NCBI GenBank assembly: GCA_965153455.1
Contig: OZ234493.1
Coordinates: 2,418,001-2,482,000 of the forward strand
Source: Sphagnum compactum
Lineage: Eukaryota
Reading direction: 5' to 3'
Length of the DNA stretch: 64,000 bases
Shown here: in pieces, positions 1 to 12,900 of the stretch
Position numbering within the stretch: position 1 is the first letter of the stretch
Layout: each line of letters starts with the position of its first letter
Notes under the pieces: model-generated
The model's database searches: none
The model's input: the letters and a program-made list of their open reading frames with translations, nothing else
Told to the model about the DNA's origin: nothing
Translations under genes and position numbers: made by a program

Positions 1-3000
1 TTATGTCAATGGAACTAAAGGCAAAACAACATCACCATTCTTTCAATCCAAAGGCCCCTACACAAGGGAGGACCATAGTTGATTCAAAATTGAGTGATTT
101 GCAAAAGTGCAAAGGCATAGTATTGAATAACCCCAAGGGCGATTTGTGATGTGAGTCAATGGTGGGAGCAACCTTGTGATGTCAATCAACAATGCAAAAC
201 ATTGGTTACATTTTTGAATAGGCCTTAATGAAACACATTACCACTTAATGAAATAACATTTCACCCTTTTAAGTTCAATACATTCCTAGGTGGAACAAGT
301 TGAACTATTTATGTACCCACCTACATAGCTATTCCACTTACCCACTTACTTAGGTATCTAACTAGGTAGTGTGAGGTGGAAGTATGAAGGTTTCCAGGAT
401 AACTTACCAAAGTGGCATGTTGGTAAAATTAGTTTTGGTTCATCCACAATGGAGGCATAACCAATGTTGGGCGGTTTTCACATTTTTGTGAGAACTAGTG
501 GTTTTGGTTTTTTAATAAAGCTATAATAACTAGCCTACTTTTTTACACGTTTTTTAAAAAATAGTTTTATGAGAATCATTTGGGGCATCAATAAAATTAT
601 TTAAAGATTTTTAGCCCGTTTTAAAGTTATTAGTTTTCACAAATGTAAGACCAATCAATTATTTTCAATGGCTCTCACAACTAGTTATTGAATTTATTAT
701 ACTCAAACATTGAAATGTGCAATGTGGATTTAAGAACGTGCATTCAAGAGATTATCCAATTTAGCACTTTGTTTCATATTATTTGCCCAAAAATGTGGGC
801 ATGTATTATGTAGAGGTGAGCTAAAGGGAAGCCCTTCTCACATTATTGTGTTGGTACCAACGCATTCAAGGAACATTAAAAACAATGTTAATCAGTGTGA
901 TTCATTGAAATAAAAAAATTGAGCTTTGAGATGCACCCACATTTTGATACACTTAAAAACCAATAATATAAAAAGATTGCATACTACCTATCCCTAGAGT
1001 AGGTAGCCCTTTAATTCAAAACCTCAAAAATTGAAAATTGCCTTTGGGTTTAATACCTTGGCTGATTATCATTTTTTCATTTTTTATTTATAGGATCATT
1101 ATCAAGTTAAAATGAGAATTGAGGGGATGGGTTTCAATGTTTTTCACCAATGATGGTACTTGTTGAGTTTTTTGCAAGATACTAGCTAATACTTGACCCA
1201 AATTTGAAGCATTGTCTCATACTTGCCCAACATTAGTCATAACAATTTCCAATGGATTATGCATTGGTGGGTGCCGGGTCACATGCATAATCCGCCATGC
1301 TCCACCTAGTATAATAGGTGGAATGGGCATGTTCCATAATACAAAATTTTGATGCAACCACATATCATTTCCACTCACAATATATGAATTTTTAAAGGGG
1401 TCAATTATGTTTTCATTTATTTAATAATGGATTTACATATTGAATCATTGGCATCACAATTATTATAATTTGTAAGCCAAATTATTCGCATATTCACAAT
1501 TTTGATTTTATGTGTACATTTGTGACCAAATACATTCCACACATACATACCTTAATAACCAAAAAGGAAAGGGCTTGAAATTTAACACAATAAACAAAAA
1601 TCATGTGGGCAACATCATCACACTTAAACAACATATTGTCTGAGCAAAGTACATTTTATTGCTTACAAAGGAACCCAACAACACCACCATCAACCATAAA
1701 AAGAAAACTATTGTTATGCCCGCAATAGCCTACAAACACACAAACTTTTCCCATGGAGATGGATTAGACTTTCCATTATCCACCTCTCCAATCTTCTTCT
1801 CTAAGTATCATCTCAATTTTGCCAAGCTCCTTGTAACTTCATCTCTCAAAACATTTTTTTTTTTGCGTGGAGTCTTTGTAAACATTCCTCTATTTCCAAA
1901 CCCACAACCCAGAAATTGTTGGTCATTTTCAAATTTGCACCAAACTTTCAAGTTCCCTCCTCATATACAAAATTGCCAAACAACAACATCCCCATTCCCC
2001 AACAAACAAATTTGATTCATGAGTTTGCAAATACACAAATTAGCACACACCAACATAGTGGCAACAACATCCCCAAGCCCCATTATCTCACTTTATGTTT
2101 TCTTGACAATAATTGGGAGTTGATTTCCATGGACTTAGACTCAAGCATAATCCCCATCCCTCATGCCACTATTAAGGAAAACAACTATATTTTTGCATGC
2201 ATAGTCATGCATCATGCACAACGGGAAAAAATTTATAGACCATTAGCTTCAGATGTTCCACACCAAAAGGATAACAAACTTATCTCTACACACTCGCACA
2301 CAAATTTGTTCCAATTTTTCTTGTCGCCTCATACTTTGTGCCATTTATTTTCTTCCATCCACCTTTATCTCCATCACTATCTTCTCAATGCCAACATCAT
2401 CATGAGATTTCTAGCCACACACAACACCAACCATAATTTTTTTTAAAAATTACAACTATGCATGTAGCATCCTTAAAGAAACTCACACAGTATAAGACCA
2501 CCATCACCAAAGTTACAAAAACTCCAAAAGTCACTATCACCAGTAGACTTTGCTGAAACCCGAAAACCCTAAAGTGTTCAGCAATCGGCTAGACTCTTCT
2601 TAAGTCCACAACCCATCCTAAAAATAATGTTTCCAATTCCAAGGGTAGGTTAAATCACACCTTGTACACTGGCCTCCACCACTGTCTATCACATCCAACA
2701 TAGAGTGTTAATCGTTTCTGCAGCAACACCCATAAACAAGAAAAATTAGACAGTACAGATGGGCCTTCTTGAAACCATTGTAACCAGTTGTGCAATTTGC
2801 ACACTATTTCTACTTCTTTCATCCACTGTCCAGGCCCTTTTAATGCTGCCAGTGGACCTGCTCCAACTAAGCACAAAGCAATTTGAAAAGCTGACAAGCT
2901 AGCACAATACATTCTTGTGGAAAAGCATGATTTGGATTTATTTGTTGTTCCAAGTGACTGAACCTCTGCCTCTAAAATTCCACTTTTGGGATGATTTCAT

Positions 3001-4475
3001 TTTGTACACACTGATGAAAACATTTTACTAACAAAAAGCATTTGTATACTTCCCACTAGACTATTAGATGTAGCATCCTCAAAATCATATGTGAAAATTG
3101 CCACCATAACCCCAGCCCCCAAAAAAACAAACCTGCTGCAAAGCTAATATAACTGATAACAGATCCACATGCAATTTCATTTGTTCTGACATTTTGTTCA
3201 AGTACAATGACATTGCTAACTCAAACATGGAATCAAAGTGGTAAAACTTCATCACAGTAAGAGTAGTCACAGTTTGTACAAGCTGTTACATACAACTTCA
3301 CAGCTCTTAACCTATGCTCTCCGCTCTACAACTTGACAAAAGATGCACATGAACAAGATTGACAGGAAGCGTGTCCTCTTTTCTAATATCAAACTGTCCT
3401 TACTCACTGCATTGATACTGAAATAGGCTCAATCTAAATGGTTATTAGGCCATCAAACTCTACCATGAGGTAATACTGTACATAAAGGGTCTCCATGGCC
3501 ATTTCTGCCACTTTGCCCGTCTACCTGGATGGCTGAACTGGCAGCTGGGCAGAATCCACCTTCCTGCTGATTCTTCTGTTCCCCTCCCATTCCCCTCGCA
3601 TTCACTTCTGCCCTTTATTGTAGGGAGCAGGTAGAGCCTTGCAGAATTTACCAGGCCCCACCTGTCCTCTAGTCCATTATTGTTCACGTTCTCTGCATAA
3701 GCAACCATGCATTGTGCATCTACTTGACACACCCACAAACCCAGATTGAACACAGCAAAGAATGCTGCTCAATTCAGGAATAGCAGTAGAAGAGCAGGAA
3801 GACAAAAGAGTGATAGATACTGTCTTTCAGGTGGCGTAGTATCCATAAATGTTCCTATCACATATCATGAAGGAAAGAACCCAAATCACAGCCATTAGGA
3901 ATGTCAGATAACAAGACACAAATATGGGTGGTAAGATCACAAATATCTGCCTCCTAGGAAGAAAGCCACACTAGAACTTTTTCTGGTCTCCAATAAATAC
4001 GTGCATGTTGGCACATAGTTTGTTTGATTCTGCTACACATTTGCTTGTCTCAATGCTGAAAAATATGATCTGCAGCCTCAGATCTGTCTAATTTCAATGG
4101 AACAGACTCATCCAAACAATAGGAGAGATTCGTACCCACATACAACAGTGAAAAGCAAAGACTAGGCAGGGAATGATTGGATGCTCCAGCTGACTAACGT
4201 ATTCTAAGACAACTAACCTAAAAGCCCAGCAAGCCATACACGTTTCCATCTACAAATTGGTGTCATTGGAACAAATGATAGAAACAGAAAAGAATCAGCT
4301 GCAGGATAAGCATCCAATTATCTAAAAACCTATGAGATCTTGCAAAAAAGACCACTGAATGATTTGTTTCTACTAATCAACCCCAACCTGCAACCGCATT
4401 AGGTTTACAACCTCTCGTGTGATCCACACCTCAGAGAATAATTATAAAGTTGAATTTGCCTCCCCTCTTTTCAGA

Positions 4476-4489
4476 CTAGGCAGCAACTC
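4476..4489 (-). CDS. Alternative terminal coding exon of the hnRNP gene. Splicing from 5354 to 4489 gives ...RQTQRGVAA* (502 aa)
   Basis: Acceptor on the minus strand reads TACTAAC-ACTTGTTTCTCTTGTGTTTTTCCAG|GA GTT GCT GCC TAG (branch point 4521-4515). Phase 1 matches donor CGAG|GTTCTG at 5353. Confidence 0.8.
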
Positions 4490-5300
4490 CTGGAAAAACA
4501 CAAGAGAAACAAGTGTTAGTAACTTCAACCTATGTTCATGGGTGTAATTATAACAATCACAACTCAATTCATCAGAGTGTATCTGTCTCTTTGACACCTA
4601 GCAAAGTACTCAGGTGAGCAATGACCACAAAAGTTCTCTGCCTGATTCACAACCCATGCCATTATTAATATGGATGACAGCACTGAAGGAACAGAAAAAG
4701 AAAATCTTGATCATTATTACACAATGTTAGCAGCCATTCCAGTATATCTCTTCATTAGATTCTGTACTGACAAACAATATAGCCTTTTGGTTTCTACATT
4801 GCAACTTATGATTGACCATCACTAGTGTGATAAAGAATAAATATAAACGTATCACCAACCTGGACAAAACAACTGACACAGACTTACTACAACAAATGCA
4901 TAGACTATGCCAAGCCTCTAAATAGTCAAGTTCTACATGCTTCTCACACAAAAATCACCAACAAACACATGAAGGATGAATGTGAGATCCATCCAGGACT
5001 GCACAGAATAACAAGACAATCACACGAAACTAGAGTCTATCGCATTTGACTTATTTCTCCCCCTATATTGACCGACTGCAGACCTATTCATTGTTGGAAA
5101 AAAAGCTGTATACCACCAACAACTTCATAGCACCTCCAGAATTGAATAAGCTTCAGTTTACTAGGATGCTATCCAGCACGACAGACTGACCTTCTACTCA
5201 AACCTCTGTGTCGACAACTACAACAAACTTGTTTATTAAGCAGAGAACCTTATTAACAAATGGTGCCCCTAAAAGCCTGACACGTGAACACATGCAGTCA

Positions 5301-7067
5301 CTAGCCAGTTCGGTCACCGTCAGCAGGGTAAGGCCTGAAACGTGCATCAGAACCTCGCTGTGTCTGTCTGCCTGCTACACCATAGCCCCCGCCGTAGCCT
5401 GCACTCCCAGCGCCTGCACCTTCTGCAACCCCAGCTCCTGCCCCCATGCCATAACCCCCACTTGCTGCACCCCCTGATCCAGATGAGCCTGTGTTATAGG
5501 CATCAGCTCCTGCAGATCTCCATGTGTTGTCTGCATATCCCGAGGAGTACATGTCCCCATAACCCCCACCATAGCTCCCACTACCAGTACCTCCTGCAGC
5601 AGTTCCATACCCACTGGATCCAGTCCCATAGCCGCTTCCTCGACCTCCATAGCCTGCAGCAGATCCATAACCACTTTCACTGCTGCCATAACCGTAGCCA
5701 GAACTGCCATAGCCTGCACTGCTTCCAGTGGCTTGACCTGCTCCAGCCCCACCTGAACCCCATGCTGCATTCCCATAGCCAGCCATACTGCCACCACTGC
5801 TGCCTCCATAGCCTCCTGAGCTACCTCCTGTGCCATATCCCCCTCCTCCACTTCCCCATGGGCTACGCCCACCCACAGGGCCACTTCCATAACCTCCGCT
5901 CCCAGCCCCTGCAGTGCCATATCCGCCACCACCACCATACCCACCCCCTACTGGAGTGTTTCCATATCCTGCACCGCCATAGCCACCTCCTCCTGCACTC
6001 CCGTAACCCATGCTCCCACCATATCCACTCCCGCCATAACCTCCATTCATTCCTCCACCATACCCTGCAGCACTGCCATAACCAGCAGCTGCTCCATATC
6101 CTGCTGCGCCATAGCCTGCATAACCTCCCCTACCCACGGGAGAGGGGCCATAGCGGCTGTCAGCCCGACCACCATAGCCAGCTCCAACAGGACTTGTGTT
6201 GTAAGCTTGGCCAAAGCCAGATCCATAGTTAGTGCCTCGGCCTCCACTGAAGCCACCGCTGTTGTTGCGCCCGGCAGCAACAGAAAGCTCCTTTGGAACA
6301 GCCCTTTTGACCTCCACCATCTTCTCGTTGAGCTCATGGAACGGTTTCAGCAGAACATTGTCCACTGCATCCTCAGAATCAAAAGTGATGAAGCCAAACC
6401 CACGAGGCCTTTGAGTATTGTGGTCATACATTACAACCACATCTGTAATAGTACCAAACTGCGCGAAATAGTTTCTGAAGTCATCTTCAGTAACAGTGGA
6501 AGCTAAACCTCCCACAAATATCTTCTTTGTCCTAGTGTGAGATGCTGCTGGCCCTTGGCCCCCGCTGCTGCTCCTAGGCACATTCTGCTGCTGCTCATCC
6601 CTGGGCACAGCTTTTTTCGCTTCCACCTAAATATACCAATTAAGAGAAAGACAGACTTAAACTAGTTATTACTCCCAGTACATACCCTGCATTGCACCAC
6701 ATCCACACGCACGCAACATCCCACGATCCATCCCCTCACAGCAGCAGACACGACAACCTTTCCCTATAACCCTTATTAGACATCACATTCAACCCCACTC
6801 GCATTCCAGCCCTAAAAATCTCCGCCTTAAGTAACTGAGGCTTACCGTTCTGCCATCGATGGTGTGCTTCTCGTTTACCACTCGATCAGCCACAGCCGGA
6901 TCCGCAAAAATGACAAATCCAAAACCTCGCGCCCGTCCGGTCGCTCTGTCCTTCATGATCACCGTTTCCGTCACTTCCCCGTAAGCTTTGAAGTAGTCCC
7001 GCAGTTTCTCCTCCGTCGTCTCCCACGATATTCCGCCTATGAACAGCTTCCCCTGATCGGAATCCAT
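5301..7067 (-). CDS. RNP1: hnRNP A/B (Musashi/RNP1-like) RNA-binding protein with two RRMs and a Gly/Tyr-rich low-complexity tail. Exons 7067-6846 and 6626-5301; 515 aa isoform ending RFRPYPADGDRTG*
   Basis: RRM1 has RNP2 KLFIGGI and RNP1 RGFGFVIF; RRM2 has KIFVGGL and RGFGFITF. Intron 6845-6627 has donor ACG|GTAAG and acceptor TTAG|GTG in phase 0, joining DGRT to VEAKKA. The N-terminus MDSDQGKLFIGGISWET resembles plant RNP1-family proteins. The symbol is family-level; orthology was not tested. Confidence 0.95.
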
Positions 7068-7267
7068 TCCCCCCTATCTCTGCTGGATCTAAAACCACCA
7101 CTGCGTGCAAAACAAAGAGCAAAACCCCAAGTTCTTCTAACGGAACCAAAGACACAAATCCCTCCGGATGATTCTTCAACCATAAAATCAAAAAACGAAC
7201 TAAAAAAACAAAACAAAAAAACAAAAAAAAGAGAGAACCGAACTCAAAAGATGCAAGTCCTCTTCTG

Positions 7268-7385
7268 CTCCTCCTCCTCCTCCTCCTCGCCGGAAGGACA
7301 AAAACCCTCCCGTAGATCGATCGCCCGGGAGGACAGAACAGAACAGAACAGAACAACACACACTCCGTGAGAGAGAGAGAGAGAC
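7268..7385. repeat. Microsatellites (TCC)n, (GAACA)n and (GA)n in the presumed 5' UTR of the hnRNP gene
   Basis: Directly visible runs at about 7268-7287, 7333-7355 and 7369-7384. Confidence 0.85.
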
Positions 7386-8899
7386 GAAGTGCGCGAAAAG
7401 GAACAAAACAGCGAAGCGAACAAACCCACCCGCAAACAAACAAAATTAAAAATGCGTTACTGACTTACACCCCCTTGTTCCCGCATCCACGGCTGCAGTA
7501 GATTAGAAACGAAGATGGACGGCACAGATCGTGTCCCATCCCCCCCCCCCCCCACCACCGGCACCGGGGGTGAACTCACTATTTCTATTATTGCTTGGGC
7601 TTCGCGCTGTTTCATAGTAACAGTGCCGATCAATTATATTATATTATATTATTATTATTATTATTTAAGCGCAATTATTCCAAAAGTAAGGGATCACATA
7701 AAAATATAATATAATATTTATTTATTTAAAATTTCACACGATAAGGTTGAGTGTACACAATGAGACACGTAGTTATTATATTTATTTAGGTAACTACATT
7801 TTTTTAAAAAAATATTTTCAAAGCATTTTTGTTCAAAATTCCCAACTTATGAATTTTGGATGAAACTCATTAGCCTATCACTCAACTTCCCATGTGTGTT
7901 GCTTCTTCACAAAAGGGTTAAGTAGGCTTAAATTATAAATGTATCATGATTTAAAAAAATAAAATGACCTATGTATGTTTGTTAGTTAGTTATTAACCTA
8001 AAAATTAGGAACTTTTTCCGTTACTCATTGGAAGAATCATGAAATGAAAAAAACATTTTGAAAACGGAACATTGATTTAATGGCTTTTTTATGAGTTGTT
8101 TTATCTTTGTGTTTTCATTTTTAAGATTTATTTTTTGAATTTGTTAATGTTAAACATCAACTTAGCACACATTTAATTTAATGTTGTGTGCCACTTAACA
8201 TTTCACCTAAATTTTGATATTAATTAACATCCTTGATTTAAATAGAAAAAACATTTGTCTTTCTTAACATCAAGTTAACATTAGGTTAGGTGTGATCATT
8301 GTAGACTTAGAGAGTTAATTGTCAATATGGCATTTTCACATTTGTGAGGTTATGTGCTTTGAAGAGTCCTTGGTTTGTATAGGTGACATAGATTCCAAGA
8401 CATAGACTAAAGATGGAGATCACTTGTGTACTAACATATTGGGTGCTACATGTGATTAGATTAAACATAGACGTTATTGGTTTTTTTTTGTTTTTGCCAA
8501 GTTTTTGCATCCTAGCAACCAAAAAAAAAAAGAAAAAATTAATGTGATAAATACAAAGGTTTTAAAAATAAAAATGGCTCAAAATAATCACATTATGATA
8601 ATTTTTTGAACTTGCAAGAATTACATAATAAGTCTTATTGTGTCACCAAAATATAACATGATTACTAGACAATTCTACTTTCCTTTCTAACATGTAACCA
8701 AATTTGGCTAAGTCCTATTGCCAGAACACCTACCTCACAAAATTGAAAAACAAATAAAATCCATCAATTGACACAAGCTAGTAATTAAGGCTAGTAATTT
8801 CATTTACTTGTGTCTTAACCTTATATCCTTAACTTTATGTACATTCAAAAAACTAAAGCCTTAATTGGTGGTGTTAAACAATTATGTTTTTATTTGTCC

Positions 8900-9950
8900 A
8901 GCAACAAGTCAAGCATGTTAGAGTCATTGCATATTGTGGGTTTCCTTATCAAGATGACATCTTTTGATGTTTAAAAGTTAAACAATATTGTGAAAAAAAA
9001 CGCTAACATCATGTCGTTAGAGCAAATATGATTACATAACCAAGTTTGAGAAATGGAAATTCCATGGCTTAGAGTTGTCCTTCACTTCATCTATAACACA
9101 TTGCATTCCAAAGTGAAATAAGGCAACTCATTGATTTATTCTTGACAAATTAAAAAAGTTGATGATCAAATGTACTAAAACAAAACCCACAAGAAAATAT
9201 GAAACTACCAAATTTCAAATGATCATGTGTTAACATGTGATCCACTTTATAGGAATTGTGGCTTGAACAATGAAAATACTAAAAGGAAATCGATATATTA
9301 AAATACAGGTAATTTAAAAAGAAGTAAAACCTTTGGGTCAATGGATAGTAGATGCCAATATACATGGGGTAGATCACACAAATCAAGATTATTAGGCTTG
9401 TGTGGCATTGTCCAACATCACTTGCACAACCTACAAACACCACACCAATACTAATAACACATATATGTGTACACATCCATTTGATGGAGTACAACTATTA
9501 TGTTCATGAACATTGTATAGATGGTGAAATACATCATGCATCATATGCTTTTTGATGAAAAGTTGACATTAGTTGTCGATAGTTGCAATTGAACTTGTGC
9601 AAGCCCCTTTGGAAAAGTCTCAATAAACTTTATAGAAGTTCAAAATTATTATCAATACACGTGCCGTACTCCTTGGAAATCCATTTCATTGATGAATTAA
9701 TTACATTGAAATCACTTGATTCATAATTATTGTTATGAACAGCATAGATTTAACCTCTAGTGTAACTTTGAAGTTGTAAGACACAAATGGCAGCATTCTT
9801 AAATCATGCAAAATTTAATAAGGTTGAGAAAATGCAACAAAGAGTACCTTAGCTTCCAGCTCATTAAACACATGTCTAAGCCTTCACCAAAACTTACAAT
9901 AATTGAATCATACGTGATGTAACCAAGAGAATTTCAACTAAGCAAAAATT
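8900..9950 (-). mobile_element. Highly decayed DNA-transposon coding remnant, possibly hAT-like
   Basis: Minus-strand peptide ASDVGQCHTSLIIL resembles the TDxAGQCxxARRIL segment of some hAT transposases. Many stops; boundaries approximate. Confidence 0.3.
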
Positions 9951-12900
9951 TTCTAATGTTCTAACATGGATGGAAATGACAACATTTGAAATGGTCAAAA
10001 TAGGGGGGTTATTCACATAAATGTTTGGGTGTTTTGGAAAATGTTTTCAATAACAACAATCATTTCCTACACAACATAATTGACCTTGAATTTGATCAAA
10101 TCTAAAAATACATTAATGTAATGATTAAAAACTTGTTCTAGTTTGATGGCACACCCCCCTATTGCATGCAATGCCTTCCACACAAAATCCACATCCACTT
10201 CTATTGCATATTCCTTGAATTCTGTACAAAATTAATCCATGTGTAAGAGGAATCAACATTTCCATAATTGGTAAGGATTTTTCAATCATTGGGATTTAAA
10301 AGAACCTAGAAAGAAATATGAAACAATAAAAATATATTTGATACTTAAGATCTACCAATGATACGAAAACAAATAACTACAAGCATGAAAATGCAAACCT
10401 CAAACTAGAAGAAATGAAAAAACCAAACCGCATGAAAATAAAATTGAAAATGGTTTGAACAATAGCAACAATCAAATCCATGCTCGTGGACTTTTATTAA
10501 TACAGTTTGACCCCCATTAAATAATACTCCCAAAATTGATAACCTCTTTAATTTGATAAAAAAATTGTCTATGGATGTTGTTCCTATTATCATGAATAAA
10601 TATCATTTGAGTTTTAATATCTAATAATTTTCTTTTATTTTTTTGGATAAATATAAACATTTGTGATGAACCAATCATGCAAAGAAATTTATTTTATATG
10701 TTGATCCCAAAAATTATGTTGAAGTTCTCAGCGCACCTTATGTGCATCCCGTTGTGATGGTGGCATGGACAAATCTAACAATGGTTCAACTAAGGAAATG
10801 GCCTTTGACTTTTCAACTATGGTGGTTGTGGTATGACTAAATTATTGGTACAATTAATTAAGATTCATAACTTTCTAATGCGCATTGCTAGCCAACACAA
10901 GAATACCACATAATTTTATCACACATTAATGTCTTTTTTGTTCAAAATCTTAACTCCAAAACATTAACCTCTCTTATTTGATAAATATCACTTATCAGAG
11001 GACCTCGGTTTCATAACATCCCTCACTAATTGATATTATTTTGGTCCACAAACCTTATCATTTAATGGAGGTTAGATTGTAGCATCGTGTATGGTGTTAA
11101 CCACATATCATGACATCTCCCCATATGTAACAGGAACTTAGCTTTGTCTACACGAAATGTCTATTAATGTGCTAATGTGTAAAGGACAAACGTATTATTA
11201 ATATTGGGAAACATGGTCAATGTTGTAGTTTGAAATAAGTTTGATCATTATCTCTATTGAGTTTTTCCATCTTCACGTAGATGGGATTGATGTACTTATA
11301 GGAAAATACTTATGTCAAGGGTATTTAGTGTGCTTGTTGTGAATGGATCAAAAAACACAAAAAGAAAAAAAGGATAGCCATTGCATACCTTCCCAAGCTA
11401 TACTAGTAAGTGCAAATATGACATTTGTGAGCAAGAAAAGAATGGAGAAAGATAATGGGAAATGGTTAGAAACATTGAAGCATTTATGGGTTGATACATA
11501 TATTTTAAAACTTCAAAACATCTTTCACATAAAGTGCCCATCTAAACTAATCGTATCATGATAGGATGGTTTAATTTCATGGACAACAATCCCAAATCAT
11601 TGCTACACAATGAGATTGATGTTGCAAAGCGCCACGTATTGGATTTCAAGTTTTGTTGATAACATGGTAATGAGAGGAGGTGCCAACTAATTCTTAAATA
11701 GATTACAACATTAGTGCTTGTGATTAATTCCATTTGTTGCAAAATTATTTATAACTTGATAAGAAATTTGAGAAAAGACATTAATACATTGTCCATATGA
11801 ATTCCTTATGTTAATTCATATTGACTTTGCATTAAACACATAATTTTCATACTTCATAAAAAAAATTGTTATTTACTAAGAACTTAAGCATAAGAAATGA
11901 GCATGTGAGCCCCATGGCTAAATAGAAAATATGGATGAAAATCATATGAAAAAGATTGAATGAAAATGGTATTATGGATGAAAATGGATGGAGTGTGAAT
12001 TTTTTTAAAAATGATTAAACTCCTATGAAAGGTGGATGAATGAAAATTTTGGATTATTTAATATTTTTAAGGTACACAACCATGCACGTGGGTGCATGCA
12101 CCTCAATTTTTCCAAAAATAGGGTGCATAAGTATAAGGCCCATAGGTGACTATGACATGGCACACATGATTACATGGAACAACCTCCAAAGAAATGGTTC
12201 ATGGACTTTGTTTTAATTTGCTTTTATAAGGTGTAAATTCATCTCTTGGAGCACATAATAGGTGGTAGTTTCTTTCATTAACATTCCACTATCTGGAAAA
12301 GCTTGGATGCGCAAACTATAAAAATCATGGTTTATTTCATAATTTTCAATTCACTTAAACATACTCACTTTCACCATATTGCACTTGATTTTCTCAAATT
12401 TTCAACCCTTGACCTCATATGTGCAATTTTTCTTTTCCCTCCCATCATTTTTTGAAAGATGGCAAGCCAATGAAGTATAGGTGAGAAGTGCACAAGTGAG
12501 TTGAGTAAAGATTAAGATGAGGAAACATTAAAAACATGTGAAAGTTATAGTCAAGTTTGAGTAAATCAAACATTCAGAATTTTCTTCAACACATGAACAT
12601 GATATCTTTCAATTCTAACAATCTAGAATAAACCATTGACATTTTCAATATAAAAGGTAAAGAAAAGATTCAATAAATATTTCATTAGTTTTGAAATGCT
12701 AGGGAAGGGAAACCATGATGCCATACTCTAGAGTGTTTGGTTCATGGGTTGTGTTGTGACTAATCTCTTTGGGTTGCCAAGCTTAATGTGTTCATAGTGC
12801 ATCCATTCACTTGGTAATTCTCATTGCCAAAACATAAGGAATTGTATTGAATAAATTGTACTTTGGATCACCCAAAAAATTGAATTGTAGTTTCACAAAT

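Noticed and set aside
1659-2446. Overlapping 118-aa and 176-aa ORFs
   Set aside because: No recognisable domain, non-ATG starts and a decayed-repeat context.
5342-6232. 296-aa His/Leu-rich plus-strand ORF, and other ORFs overlapping the hnRNP gene
   Set aside because: Antisense or alternate-frame shadows of the Gly/Tyr codon repeats.
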